A stretch of DNA of 64,000 nt. Source: the human T2T-CHM13v2.0 reference genome, Homo sapiens. A program made the translations under genes and the position numbers. The stretch lies in NCBI RefSeq assembly GCF_009914755.1, contig NC_060927.1, one strand, 5' to 3'. This document shows positions 1-16,200 of the stretch, piece after piece; within the stretch, counting starts at the first letter, position 1; each line of letters opens with the position of its first letter. Under the pieces are notes generated by a model. The model was not told the DNA's origin. It was given only the letters and a program-made list of their open reading frames with translations, and did not search any database.

Positions 1-171
1 AAAATCTCTTACATTTCACTTTTTTTGAAATGACAAAACAAATTACAAAAACAAGTACAGAATAGGACTTAAATTATGTTGTACCTATCCTATATTTTTA
101 CCCTCATATGTAGTTATATTTTTCTAAAGAATTCTTAATTCTAAAATAATGATTAAAAATTAAATCCATAG

Positions 172-315
<144 letters not shown>

Positions 316-370
316 TAAATTATAACATTGAAATACTCTTTCTAAAATTTGTCAAGTTTTTATTTATTGA

Positions 371-715
<345 letters not shown>

Positions 716-1886
716 TAATACTAGAAACTCCCATAGGAAGGGGTTTGAAAAATACTAAAACTGAAAATCTTTCTGAGAGGCCATTATGTAGTCATCAGAC
801 TTGGACAGTCACACAATAAAAGCACTAGATTTCCTTTTAACTCCAAAAAAGGATAATTTATTCATAGAACTTCCCGTGTTCTCATCAAGGCCATCTACAG
901 AGGTGTTCAGAACAATAATTCAGAAATAGGACACAAATAAAAAGAAAAGCTCTCTCATAGATTCCATTTATAAACAGCAGTTGACTTCTTTTTCCTTACC
1001 TAGTATCCAATAATCTCTTTTTGTGGCTATGCATTTATTCTCGTGTATTAGTTGATGCACACAGCCAAGAGATGAAGCAATATCCATGGGAAAACCTACA
1101 AACTACCACATTCAGCGATGACATTCTCTTTGGCACTAATTCTAGTTAACAAGGACTTTTCCAAAGGCATAAACTATTGAGTTAGACATCTTACATAGAA
1201 TTTTTTAATATAATAAGTGTTTAATAAATACGTTTTGAAAGAATGACCTAAACCACCAAAGGAAATGAAGAAAATTGTATAGCATAGCACCCTATACTCA
1301 GTAAGTGATGTGTGCTTGTGTCTGTGTGTGTAAAATACAACCTAAGATATTGATAGTCTTAAACATTATCAATTCCCATTTAGAAAGACAAGATTTCATC
1401 TTTTGGCAACTCCGTACTTAGCTTCTGAAGTATAAACATGGCATGCCTGTAGACCCAATATCGATAATTGAAAAGATGCTGTTTTCTTTGACTTCATAAC
1501 ATCACTGTACCACTGCTATAACAGTATATTTTCATCTATAATAGGATTTCCACTGAGATGTGTTACTGTGTTTGAATGAATTGTTTATTAATACCCACTT
1601 TTAAAAGCTAAACACTTTACACACATTTCCATTTTTGCATAAACCAAAAAAGCTTTATTTTTAAATTTAAATTTAAATTATATTTTTATTTTCTGTATTG
1701 GTTAGACAAAGAAGATGACATTAAGCCTAATTTCTAGGTATATGTTCCTTAAGCTTAAAGGCTTTGTTTTCGCTCTTAAATGGTTGGCTTAATTATGCTA
1801 GGTAAATAATCATGTTGCAGAACTAGTTTTTATTTAAAAACTGATTGAAACAATTGAGGAAGAATCCCAAGTGAATATCAAACTGA

Positions 1887-2334
<448 letters not shown>

Positions 2335-3422
2335 TAAGACTTAAAGCATAAAGTGATACATGGTTATGAAGGCTTACCATGTACACTGCTAGGACATGGT
2401 GAACTTTGCAAAGGGACAAAATGCCAAAGTTCGTTATCTTGCACATATTTAGGACATGTTGCTGAGGAAGATAAATCTTCATGGGCTTTACCATCTTATG
2501 ATGGTCTATGTGGCACGATGATTGCATTGTCCTGTAAGGAGTTACATTTGGTTATTTAACCAGTTCATGAAAGAATACTGTCTGGATTTTTTGTTGTTGT
2601 TACTGTGTTAAAAGTAATTTCGGGGTTATCTATTTTAATTAATTTGATTTTCAGGTGCTCATTGCACACTGGACATATACACAGATGGACAATATTGATG
2701 TGGGCAGTCTATTGAAAGTACCCCTACCTGGAGTTAAATAAGACCTTTTCTTAGCCTATACCTATATTATTTAAACAATCACTGTTTTGGTACTATGGTG
2801 AGGGGAGTAGGCAGTAGGGATTGAGGAAGGAGAGACTCCAGCAAACATGTTAGTTGGAGTCTTGGAAAGAAAATAACGTGGACTGATTAAAATTTCTAGT
2901 TTTTATCCTTAAAAAGAAAATGTAGACATCTTTTTAAAATTAAAGAATGCAAAAATGTATTGTGCTAAATCTCCCTTACTTAGGTTATCCTGTTATTCTT
3001 AAATTTATACACATACAGGTTCTGTAAGTACTCAGAGTTCAGCTAAAACCTTGAAAAGCAGTAATGTGTTTTCTCATATACCATATTTCCCCCATTACAT
3101 TTATTGAATATGACTTCACATTTATGTTTGTGCAGTGGTTACAGTGTTGTATGTTTTTCTAACGCTTTCTACAATGATATTAAGTTGTAATAGCAAAAAG
3201 TTCTACTGGGGCATCTACTGAAAATATGCCTAGTTTTCAGATCATATATAAGTAAACAATCCATTTGGATTACATTTCATCATAGGCTAGGAACATGGGC
3301 CTTGTGAGGAGAAGTGATGAATATTTCAAGAACTTAGATGAGACATTTGTGAAATGTGTGCTCTTAACATGCTCCAGACCTTTCCTTCTGGTCAAATGCC
3401 ATTTCCTTTTTCTTTTCCGTAG

Positions 3423-3566
<144 letters not shown>

Positions 3567-4332
3567 TAATACACTGTCAGTTATACAGGACACTATCAGT
3601 TTGTTCACACTGATGAGCAATTACAGTTCTCCATCATTTGGCTAAAATTTTATTAATTTAGGCAGAGAACCTCTGAATCATAATATGCCATTGTTTCCCA
3701 ATAAATCTTCCCTTGCCTTCCCCAAGAGTCTAGTTATGTTTCTGCTCCTAATACTGTCTAGTCTGAAACCAACTCACCATTTTCCAGAAGCAGTGTATTT
3801 GGAGTACCCAGTAACATGTTCTATTGATATAGTCATTTATAAACTCTTCTATTATCAAAATTGCCCCCAAATTAGTATTTTCTTAAAAACATAGAAAGTA
3901 AAACAGGATTTATTTGGAGTATAAGAAATGTGCTTTATTTTTCATTGTTAGGAAAATGAAGACAGTGGAACTTAATGGTATGGTGAAAGAATTTATTGAA
4001 ATGCTACTTTATGCTTAGCTAAACCACTAATGGTAATGACAGCCCTAATATTTTACATTAGTTCTTCCAGTATGATAGTGAAACCATTATATTCTGAAAA
4101 TGATTTTTACCTTAATGCATATATTAAGACCTATTTAATCAAGAGTGTCGATAATAGCAATATTGCTTTTAAAATATAATGGTCCCATATATCTGTTAGC
4201 TTAGGTCACAGTTTGTCTATAAATTTACGTTTATTAACATATTAAGTCATACAAAGATAGCATGTAGCTCTATTTTTAAAAATCTGTGTTACAAAGAATG
4301 AATTAATGACCTATATTTGTCTTCTGTTCTGA

Positions 4333-4482
<150 letters not shown>

Positions 4483-6207
4483 TAGGAAAAATTAACTTTA
4501 AAAACATTTAGAAAAAAATATAATCAAAGATTGCATAAAAACTTGTAAGCTCCTTCAATATGTAGTGTTTCCAGAAAGAGTTTTTGTGGATAAAGATATA
4601 TTTCTACAATTTTAATCTTTTATCTCTGCAACCAATACTCTAGCAAGGTGAAAATATTAAGTTTCTGTTCAAGCAAATGTAAGGTGGTGCACTATTGGTG
4701 CATTATAAGATCTATAATTAAAGAGATGTTGAAGAAGCTTTTTTATAACTATTCATGCCCACCCATAATGTGCAGCTTTTATTGAGACTTTTACTGAGTT
4801 TCATAAGAATAGGTCTAAGATTTCTCAGGAAATCTTAGGTTTAAATTTACTGTGATCATTTGTCTTTATAATTATATAATAACTAGGGGGAACATGTCCT
4901 GTGAAAACTGTTAACATGCTTTATGAGCAACATTCACATGCATCCTGACTAATCTCTGTAGTTAGGTTGGCAGAAAAAGCAGACGATTTGGATTGATAGA
5001 GGAGACAATAATAAATGTATTTTAATAAGATAATCAACCTTGGTCTAGTTTTCTTTTAGAATTAAATCACATGGAAGGACTATCTTTTTTCAGCTCTCAA
5101 AGAGCCCTGAGTGGGTTAGGCCTAGAACCTCTGCCCCCAGTATTGCTATCTTTCCATCACTCTGGCCAGCTCTTCAGACATTCAGGTTGGATTTGCTCCT
5201 TTCATGTCACAGCTGTGCATGACATGGCTCTGCTTGGTAAAGCCAGTTGGATTGTTCTGGATCGGCATTTCCAAAGTGGTGTCACAAAATACTGGACATG
5301 CAAGTTATTCCACAAGAGGCTCATGGTCAAAAGAGTTTGGTGAACACTTCTTGTAGGAAGGCTTCCCTCATCTCACCCTAGGCTGGGTTACATGCTCCTA
5401 GGGTGTGATTTTATTATCATACGTGGGAGTTAATATTTATTTCACTGCTTATCATTGCTGTTTACAATAAGCTCTTTATGGTTGGGGGCAGGGGGGCAGA
5501 AAATACTGCCTAGCATTATATCCTCAGCCCTTTATAACATACCTGGCCCTTGGTAGACCCTTGAAATATATTGAGTGAGTAAATTGATAAATTAATTTCC
5601 CATCCTGGACATTTATAATAACTTATGATTCTAACCTTATAATCTAACCCATTTTTAATTGTAAGAAGTCCTGCAATAAAGAAACTTGCTTAATGTTTTT
5701 GCGACAGCATTTACCCGAAGTAATTCACAATAATTTTTTTGTGTGTTTACTACCTTATACTTTCTGTAGAATTTGTATCCTTTAGAACACTCTTTAAGGA
5801 AATGTCTTACAGTAAATAAAGTATCATTAAGTGGGGGCTGGATTGTCATGACTGATGGCAAACCTACAAGAAAATGGGTTTGGCCTCAGTGACTTCAGTG
5901 ATACATATGAGGCCTGATCCACTGACTGGGGAAATCCTGGGCTCATGTGACAGATTTGTAATAAAACTGCATCCATTTGATGGGAAACCATGTAACTCAG
6001 AGATACAGGCTAAACCCCCCATGAAAAATTTAAATTAATTAAATTATTTAAGAGTGATACGAAGTGGTAAAATCAAAAGTCAAGTATCATTGAGAAAATC
6101 AAGAGAGAAATAAAATAAAAATAGAAATAACAAGTAGTAAACAAGTGATAATGAAATAATAAAATAAGTAAAATAAACCATTTTAAAATAATTAAAAATG
6201 AACTTTA

Positions 6208-6582
<375 letters not shown>

Positions 6583-7123
6583 TTAACTAATTAATGTCAT
6601 TTATTGAACTTGAGAAGATAGGTACACTGACTTTGGAGAATAAAGGAGAACATAAAAACTCCAGGAACCAATATTTAGGACTAGTATTAGCAGTAAACCT
6701 ATAAGCCCATATCTGTTTTCTCAGTCAAATCAATGAGGCAGAAAGGTAATTATAACCTGCTGGAATGGAAGCTGTAAATATTACTTCTTCTAAAAAATTG
6801 AAAAAAAAAGCTTTGAGAGAAAAAGTTCATAAAAGTACAAAATATGTGGAACAATGAGTTTTGTCAGTTTTTATGTTGGTTTTCTTGAGAAAGCTGCAGC
6901 CTATAAGGATAAGGCATTAGAAACTCAATTTCAGACCTGATTTTCATTTATTCTTGAACCTCCCAGGAAAGAGCCATTGCAAAGATCTCTGTTTAAGTAT
7001 GTCAGACACTCATTTTATGAACAGTATGGATCAAGTTATTCAATTGCTAGTCATGGGCAGATTATAAATTTGTATCTGAAAGTTATATAATCATCTTCAC
7101 ATTCAATATTATAATTTTCATAG

Positions 7124-7204
7124 GCCTTAGCAATTAAAGAAAGGATCGGCTATCCTGATGACATTGTTTCAAATGATAACAAACTGAATAATGAGTACCT
7201 CGAG
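7124..7204 (+). CDS. MME: Neprilysin exon 15 ([27 protein letters not shown]), 81 nt
   Basis: ttttcatag| acceptor, GAG|gtaagt donor; IGYP motif. Confidence 0.97.
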
Positions 7205-7964
7205 GTAAGTCTCTATAAAATAGACTCTGGACTACTGATACTTAGGGCTGGTAGTAGTGTCATTTTTAGCTATGGGGTGCCTGAAATTATATGAAGTAGC
7301 CTGAAACCACAGGTTGTATTATATAAAGCCTTCAACGCTGGTGCCAGAATGATATTTGTTTTAGCCTTTTTGTTTTCATTAGCCAGGACTATATTTGGTT
7401 ATTGTTCATTTGGTTTCCATATATTCCATTTTAAGAACCGTAAGTAAAATCTGGTGTCCTTTAAAGAGTATCAAGGAAGGGATAGACATCAAGGTGGTGA
7501 ACAACAGGCAGGCTTCTTATCACATTTTACACAGGCTTCGAGTTTCCCTCCACCTTCTAAGTTTTCCTCTACTGGAAAAACCAATTCATGCCTACTGTAT
7601 TTTAAAAACAAAACAAAAGAAACCCTGATATTTGAGAACTGAAAACTATTTTGTTCTGCCCTGGTAATGTAACAGTTAAAAGAGCAGAGAGTTGCTTAAA
7701 GTCACTGCAGTGCTGATTTCAGACTCAACTGAAAGTCTTGCTGCTAACTCTGCAGTCACCACAACTACATGATACCCTGATGACAGCGAGGTGATCCTTG
7801 CCCAGGTCCTGGGATGACAGTGATTCCTCATTCATTGATTACTAGTCTAGCATGGGGATTTGCAAACCATACTGCCTTCTTCTCTCTTTCCATTTGCAGA
7901 AGAAACTTGACTTTTTCTTTTAAATGAGCTGGTTATAGCTTGCAAGACCCAGGGGTCCTTATAG

Positions 7965-8238
7965 CAGGAGCATAGTGGCTACGAACACAGACTCAAAACC
8001 AAGTTCCTTGATTCCAGATCCCAGTTCCACCACTCATTTAAACTTGGTCGAGTGACTAAACTATATCTCAGTTTCCTTGACTTTAAAATGGGGATAGGAG
8101 CCCTTAGTTCATCGGTATTAAATGAACATAATATTAGATTCTATTAGTATAATAGAATTAAATGAGTATAATGTAAAATTTAAAGTACTTAGAATAGTAC
8201 TTGGCACATGGTAAGTACTAAAGAAGAATGTGCTATTA
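7965..8238 (+). mobile_element. MIR SINE
   Basis: core ctcagtttccttgactttaaaatggggata and 3' acttagaatagtacttggcacatggtaagtact. Confidence 0.75.
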
Positions 8239-8529
8239 TCCACATGTGTTATGTGAAGATTAATGTCATTAATGTGAGGTTTGTTTGACACTTGGTTTCA
8301 TTTGATTATTATAAAATAATACACTGAATTTGTGATTTGGCTGGAATACTGACCTGTGATATACTAATAGAATTAGGTTAACTGGAACTACATCCTTTTT
8401 TGGTAAGTTTTTTAATGCTCTCTTTTAACTTTATTGACTGATATAATTTAAGAAAATCCCTATGTTTTTAGCAAAAATTTAGAAGATACCGGTTTTAATA
8501 TTTCTTCCCAAATCTTCTTTATAATACAG

Positions 8530-8633
8530 TTGAACTACAAAGAAGATGAATACTTCGAGAACATAATTCAAAATTTGAAATTCAGCCAAAGTAAACAACT
8601 GAAGAAGCTCCGAGAAAAGGTGGACAAAGATGA
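8530..8633 (+). CDS. MME: Neprilysin exon 16 ([35 protein letters not shown]), 104 nt
   Basis: aatacag| acceptor, TGA|gtgcgt donor; frame continues into exon 17. Confidence 0.96.
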
Positions 8634-10544
8634 GTGCGTATATTCTCATTTCTAATGTGATCATCTAGAAGCAGGTCTTTCCCTCCTTTCTTTGTTGGAT
8701 TAAGTGAAAGAGCCTCAGTTAGAAAAATATTAAAAAGTACAAAGTCCTCTTTTTATTGAGAACTTCTAAAAGCATCTAATTATGGTATACTAAAGATATG
8801 GATCAAGACTTTAACCAGATTAAAATACCTTTCTCATTAAGGTATCCTCAAATTTACATGTCTTTAGTTTCGTCTTATGTCATTGCCTATCAGCTCAATT
8901 TATTTGTGAACAAGATTCTCAAAAACCTTAGCTTAAGTAAGCCAATTCATAGCTCCTTTAAGCCTTCTCTTAGGCCTTACTCTGTGTCCAGAATTTTCTT
9001 CTGCTGACAGCCCCACCTTTTTTCTATCAGTCAATCCCACAACTCCATCCCCTTCATAGATAGTTAATGTAAGACTTTTCTAACCCTGTGGTAGTCAAAT
9101 AGGAGATACTAGGAACCATTCTTATTCACAGTCTTCTTATGCTCTTAATCTCTGCTTATTAGTGACATTAGTATTTCCTAATAACTATTAGTTTAGATTT
9201 TATTTTTTCTATTAAATAGATATAACTAACATATTTATCAGCATATGTGTTTATGCACCGAAATTCCTAGAACCACTTATGTTGACTTTTTCTCCCTAGG
9301 CTCTTAGCCCCTAGACAACAGGGGCTATTCCTTTTGACCATAAAGTCTCAGCATCTAGCATACTGAAGAATCTCAGTTAAAACAAAATTAATGAGTGAGT
9401 GAGCAAGTGAAAAATAAATATACTAACTTGATTTGTGTGGTAACTAACACAGTAACATGCCAAAGAGGTGCTTGTTTCATTCATGCATTCATTTATCCTT
9501 TCATGCATTTATTAACATTTTGGAACACGAAGTCCAGGTGTCATTGGGTACTGGGAGAATCAAAGGTGAACTTTGATTACATTACAAGAGCAGAAGGTAG
9601 ACAAGACATGGTGTAATAAACTGCACCACCAAGAGGGAAATGTCGTGCCAAGCAAAGTACAAAGTGCTGTGGGCTTATTTGATGATAAGACTGTTCTGTT
9701 CTCAGTAAACCAAGTACAGGTTGGACAAAACTGCTAATGGAAATGCCAGTGCATTTTAATCCTTACTCAACATGTTGAACTCTTGCAACACTGACGTGTC
9801 CTGAAAGAGAGAGCAACTCTTTTGCTGACTTCTAAGTTCATATTGGAACAAATATTGTGTTATCTGATGCTAAAAATGGGATTGCAAATATTATAGAATG
9901 TTTAGTGTCCCATCTGGGAAAGAAAGAGAGTGAATACACATGCTTGGCATTATAATCAAGTTACCATATCCTGTCTCTTGAAACACACAAAAAGTTATGC
10001 AAAATAATTATCTGGGTGAATTTATGATCTGAGAAATTTCTTATAAGTCTGTATATTTGTATTTCTTTAAAAATAGACATACTAAGATTTAATAATTGTT
10101 AGCACTATAAAATATCTATAGACAAATACTGTCAAATATTATTTCTGAAATGGCCAAATTAACCAGTACCCATAGGACATCAGGAAATTTCTTCATAATT
10201 CTAGAAATAGTTGTTGAATTATTGCTTGATGTTTTCTTTTGAGGTTAACGTAGTGCCAGTTTCATAATCATTTTGTCATATAATTTACACTGTTCATTCC
10301 CTTTCATCATATGGGCTGATTTTCTCTGCATTCTTCTCTTTTTAAGATAGATAATCAAAAGCCAAAAGTGTATACAATATTTTAATGAATGAATGGTCAA
10401 TAGCACACATGCTTCAGTAGTACTTTTTGGTCCTCCCCATGAGCTTCTGATGATCACAAATGCAATATGAATTCTAAGGTCTTCTCTGCTATATGGAGCC
10501 AGCTTTCCTTTCTTTCCTATAGTCTGCCTGTATACCAGATACAA

Positions 10545-10705
10545 AGGTTCAAAACTCTAGCTGCACATGATAATCACCTGGGGAACATTTTAAAAAACAC
10601 TGATTCCCCAGCTCAAGCACCCTAGAATGTGATGTAATTGTTCTGTAGCTGGAACCCAGATACTGGTATTCTTTTTAAGTACCACCCACCAAGTGAGAAC
10701 CCCTG
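10545..10705. mobile_element. MER5-type hAT-Charlie DNA transposon remnant
   Basis: ggttcaaaactctagctgcacatgataatcacctgggga ... tgagaacccctg. Confidence 0.6.
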
Positions 10706-10979
10706 AGTTAGTGTTATTTCCCTTTTGTGTGATATCATTCCTGTTCATATTCAATTTTATGGAATTTTTCACAAGATGATGCCTTTAATTTGGCAATTTA
10801 GGTTTAAAATTTATTTTTATCTTCCAAAATAATCAGAAACCCTCTGACAGTAATTGCATCAAATCATTAAGACTGAGCCCTATAGGATACAACATGATCG
10901 AAGCTCCTCTCATTTTATTAAGGTTTCTTGCAGGGAAAGTTACTGACTTATTTTGAACCTGCTTAATAGTAATAAAGTT

Positions 10980-11064
10980 GGCTGGACATGGTGGCTCAGG
11001 CCTGTAATCGCGCCACTGCAGTCCAGCCTGGGCGACAGAGCAAGAATCCGTCTAAAAAAAAAAA
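10980..11064 (+). mobile_element. Internally deleted ~85 bp Alu with TSD gtaataaagt
   Basis: Alu 5' end joined directly to Alu 3' end plus A tail. Confidence 0.9.
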
Positions 11065-11469
11065 TGTAATAAAGTCATTACTCTTTTTTCTTTTCTCTTT
11101 TTGTGGAGCACCAAGTTCAAGTCCTTGCTGTGTATGTTTAGACAGATAATTTCTGTTGCTTCTACTTGTCCACATAGCCCGTAGTTACATCTTAGAGAAT
11201 TACATTTTCAGATGCTCAAGATCCTCACTCCCAAAGTCTTGAAAGAGAAATATGTGTGCATACCCAAAACTGAAGGGACAGAGTTGAGACTTTTGTAGGG
11301 TTGTATTGTAGGGCACTTCAGAGAAATGATGATGCATTAAATTTTCAAGACAGCAACTAATGTAAATGAATTCAATTAGCCAAATAGTAAACTTCTAGAC
11401 ACTTTTTTCCCCCAATTCACATGCTCTCACTGGGCAAACTCATTTTACTTCTCGACATCTTCTATCATC

Positions 11470-12836
<1,367 letters not shown>

Positions 12837-13018
12837 TGGTCACATCCAAACATTTCACTATCATGGCTGGGGAAGATACACAACATCATCTTTAACAAAT
12901 TCAAGAAATTGAGGAAGTCAGGAAGTCTGCATGTGAGACACCCAAGTTAATAATTTAGCTAAAAGGGCCTCCCTCTGCTCTTATGAGTGGCTGGCACCTG
13001 CAAAGGACAGGGATTTAC

Positions 13019-13271
13019 TTTTTTTTTTTTTTTTAAGACGGAGTCTCACTCTGTCACCCAGGTTGGAGTGCAGTGACACCATCTCGGCTCCCACCTCCCA
13101 GGTTCAAGCGATTCTCCTGCCCCAGCCTCCCGAGTAGCTGGAATTACAGGTGTGCACCACCATGCCCAGCTAATTTTTGTAGTTTTAGTAGAGACGGGGC
13201 TTCACCATGTTGGCCAGGCTGGTCTCGAACTCCTGACCTCAGGTGATCCACCCACCTTGGCCTTCTAAAGC
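13019..13271 (-). mobile_element. Alu (AluS-like), 5'-truncated
   Basis: poly-T, gacggagtctcactctgtcacc... ends at ccttctaaag. Confidence 0.94.
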
Positions 13272-16200
13272 GATTTAAATTTTAAAAGCTCTTGATTCAT
13301 GTGGTTTCTGATGCCTAGTATGTGTTTCCAAAATCATCTCAAACATTATGTCTTTTAAGGATTTTGCGCCAGTTTGTAAAGAATTTTAAACATGTCATTA
13401 TAACATAGAAATAGTGCTGAATCGGGAATATAATACCCTTTGGTTACTTAACAATATTTCTAAAATATTTACTTCTAGTAACATGAATTTTCATTTAGAG
13501 TTCATAGAGCAAACATGAATCTCTAAAGAAAAAGATGTACAAGAACAAAACAAAATGAGTCTCTTGTTTTTAGACTTGATGTTATTTTGTTAGTTTCTCA
13601 GGACAGAACTTCCTGTGATATAATTGTGATGGGTGTTGCTAGTGTTTGTGAATCATAACTGTTGAGCCCTGGAGTTAACTTTTTATAAAGTACAAAGAGG
13701 AATCTCATTGGTGCATCTCTCTTGCTGTTCTGCATCAAAATGAAAGCATACTGACATTGACAGGAGCCAAGTCAATAAACATTTATTGAGCAGCTAGCTT
13801 GTGCAGAGCACTGTGCTAAACAAAATAGATGACAAAGAGGAGAACAAGATGTTGCCCTTTACTCGGGAGTCTATGATCTTAAGGGGCAGATGATTAAAAA
13901 TTAAATCTGATGAAAGGCGGGGTTTGGTTGCTGCTATTACCAGGAAACAAAGTGCTAGAACAGCACTTTTTTCAAACCACAAAGCTTTACTTATTAGTAA
14001 AACACAATTTTTCAAACCACAATTAAACCTTTACTTATTAGTAAAACATTCTCTGGAATCAATATGTCAGCATTTAAATTAATATTGAGGTGAGCAGAGG
14101 ATTCACAAAAAACAAAACAAAAATGATTGGCTCATTTCTGTCTGCCCCTTGGTTGCTTCAAGCATGGTGTTTTTTTTCTAATCTGGTGCAATTGGATGGT
14201 GGCACACCTCTGAAATAAGTGGAACCCCTAAAGCTGGCAGCTCAACATCTGTGACTCCGTGGTGCATATAGAAAGTTCCTGAAAGGCCAGCACCACCAAA
14301 AATGGCAGAGCAGTTGGCACCCTGGGAAGTGACACTGTAGTTTTGCCACTGCAATGAGTGCCTAATACTCTTTTAGTGTTCCAGTTCTGCCATTCACAAC
14401 CTGTGGCCTTTTAAAAGCCCTGTGGTTTCCTTATTTATAAAATGAGTAGGCTGTGCTAGACTGTAGAATGTGTCTGAGGTTCTTTCTGGCACTAAAATTC
14501 TGTGGACCTTACTGTGAAGTTTTCATAAGAGCCAGGAAGTTTTCCTCCTTGGCTTCTCCGCATCAAATGACCCAAGAGAAAAAAACACATTCTTGAGTGG
14601 CAGAGAAGTACCTCGCTTCTTTCTAAAATATCCCTTCTGATTTTTCCACTTCACTAATGTTTCTAGAACCAACCTTCTTTCTAACTAAGTTCTGTATAGT
14701 TCAACTTGAGTATCAAAGGAAAAATAATTATGCAGAAATTATATGGGTAAATATGATGGCCCAGCAGTGGAAAGTTGATAGTCTCTCGAGGGTGGGCAGG
14801 CGGAGCACCGGACACTTGAGACAAATGACTCTCCATAAATGTAGACGGAGATGATTTGTAAAAAGGACTATTTGACTCAGCAAGTATTAGCCAGAAAGAA
14901 GAGATACACTAAACTTGAACAAATCAGTTTAATTTCCCAAGGCAGTATCTGCCATGGCATCCTCATGTTTTGCACATGTTGTAACAGATGAAAATTTTAG
15001 ATTTTTACGTTTTATGCTTCCATTAAGCCAACAGAGTCTTTGCAGATTTTCATTGTGTTTTGGGGTTGTTAGCAAAATGTGTTCTATTGGCAAAAAGATT
15101 TCTGCTTTTTAGTCAGCATTTGATGAGGGATTCTGTTTTGTTTCGTTTTGTTTTGTTTTCCAGAGGGGGAAGGGGAATTAGAAAAGGAAGCCGAATAATT
15201 TAAAGGCTGAAATTTTAGGTAGTTCTTTTTTAAAAACAAAACGAAACAAAAATATCATCTTCAAACAACACAATTAAAAGGTCCTAAACTTCCATTTAAA
15301 CTGAAAGAACTTTGCAAAAGAATTCTGATACATTTATTTCAGTGTCATCTCTTGAAAGGACAACATTCAACGGTGCACAGTTTCTGACAGCCACCACTCT
15401 CTATGACGTGCATAGCAATGGTGCCCTCTGCCCTCCTAGAGTCACAGGATGAAATGGGTCAGCACTCTGGGAGCTTGGAGGACCCAATGCTATACCAAGG
15501 CCCAAATAGCCAAGTGCCTACTATGCTCCCACCACTGGTCTTAGCCTTAGGATTCAATTAAGAACAAAACATGGAATATTCTTGCCTTCATGGAATTACC
15601 TTCTAATGAGCTAGGTAGACAATAGTCTTATGTCAAGTTATGTAAGTACTGAGGGTTATACAGTATGGAACAGGTTTCAGTTCTTTCCTGGAAGTTCTCA
15701 GAATTACTTTAAATCAGGAGAAAAGTCACCAAAGAAAATTCTGACAGAAATGATCCACCCACCCAAGTGTCTCCAAAATTAGGAATCTCTCCGAAATAAA
15801 GCATACCAAGTGTGTATGCACATATATGTGCATGTACACATATATAAGGTTAGCAAAGACTAAAAAGATTGTGCCTTGTTGCCAAACAGAACTACACACA
15901 AACAACTGGTAACATCTAGGAAAACAGTAGTAATTTTCCATTACCTTTTGTTGAAAGAGAAGTGGCTTCTCCCAGTTTAGTGTCAAAATCAGAGTCCTAG
16001 CCTCAGACAGATTCAGGTAAGTCACCCAGAGTACTTCAGTTATGTTAACAACCATATGCAACAATAGAAGTTCTTTGGTCCTACTGTGCTTTTGCCTTTG
16101 GGTAAAAAGTTACACTTATGGATCATTGGGAAGAGCCTGTGCTGTGGAGTCAGGGGGTGAGGGGAGTAGACCTGAGTCAGAATTCCTGCTTTGCCTCCTA

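Noticed and set aside
1659-1680. (TTTAAA)3 palindrome, possible cruciform
   Set aside because: Short low-complexity AT tract, common in introns
4890-4921. p53-like half sites GAACATGTCC ... TAACATGCTT
   Set aside because: Second half imperfect and 12-nt spacer; expected by chance
13968-14048. Repeat-spacer-repeat pattern resembling CRISPR
   Set aside because: Only two copies, human intron, no cas genes; simple tandem duplication
15418-15437. CTCF-like motif ggtgccctctgccctc (also ~40558, ~53005)
   Set aside because: Partial matches only; cannot be supported without a PWM scan or ChIP data
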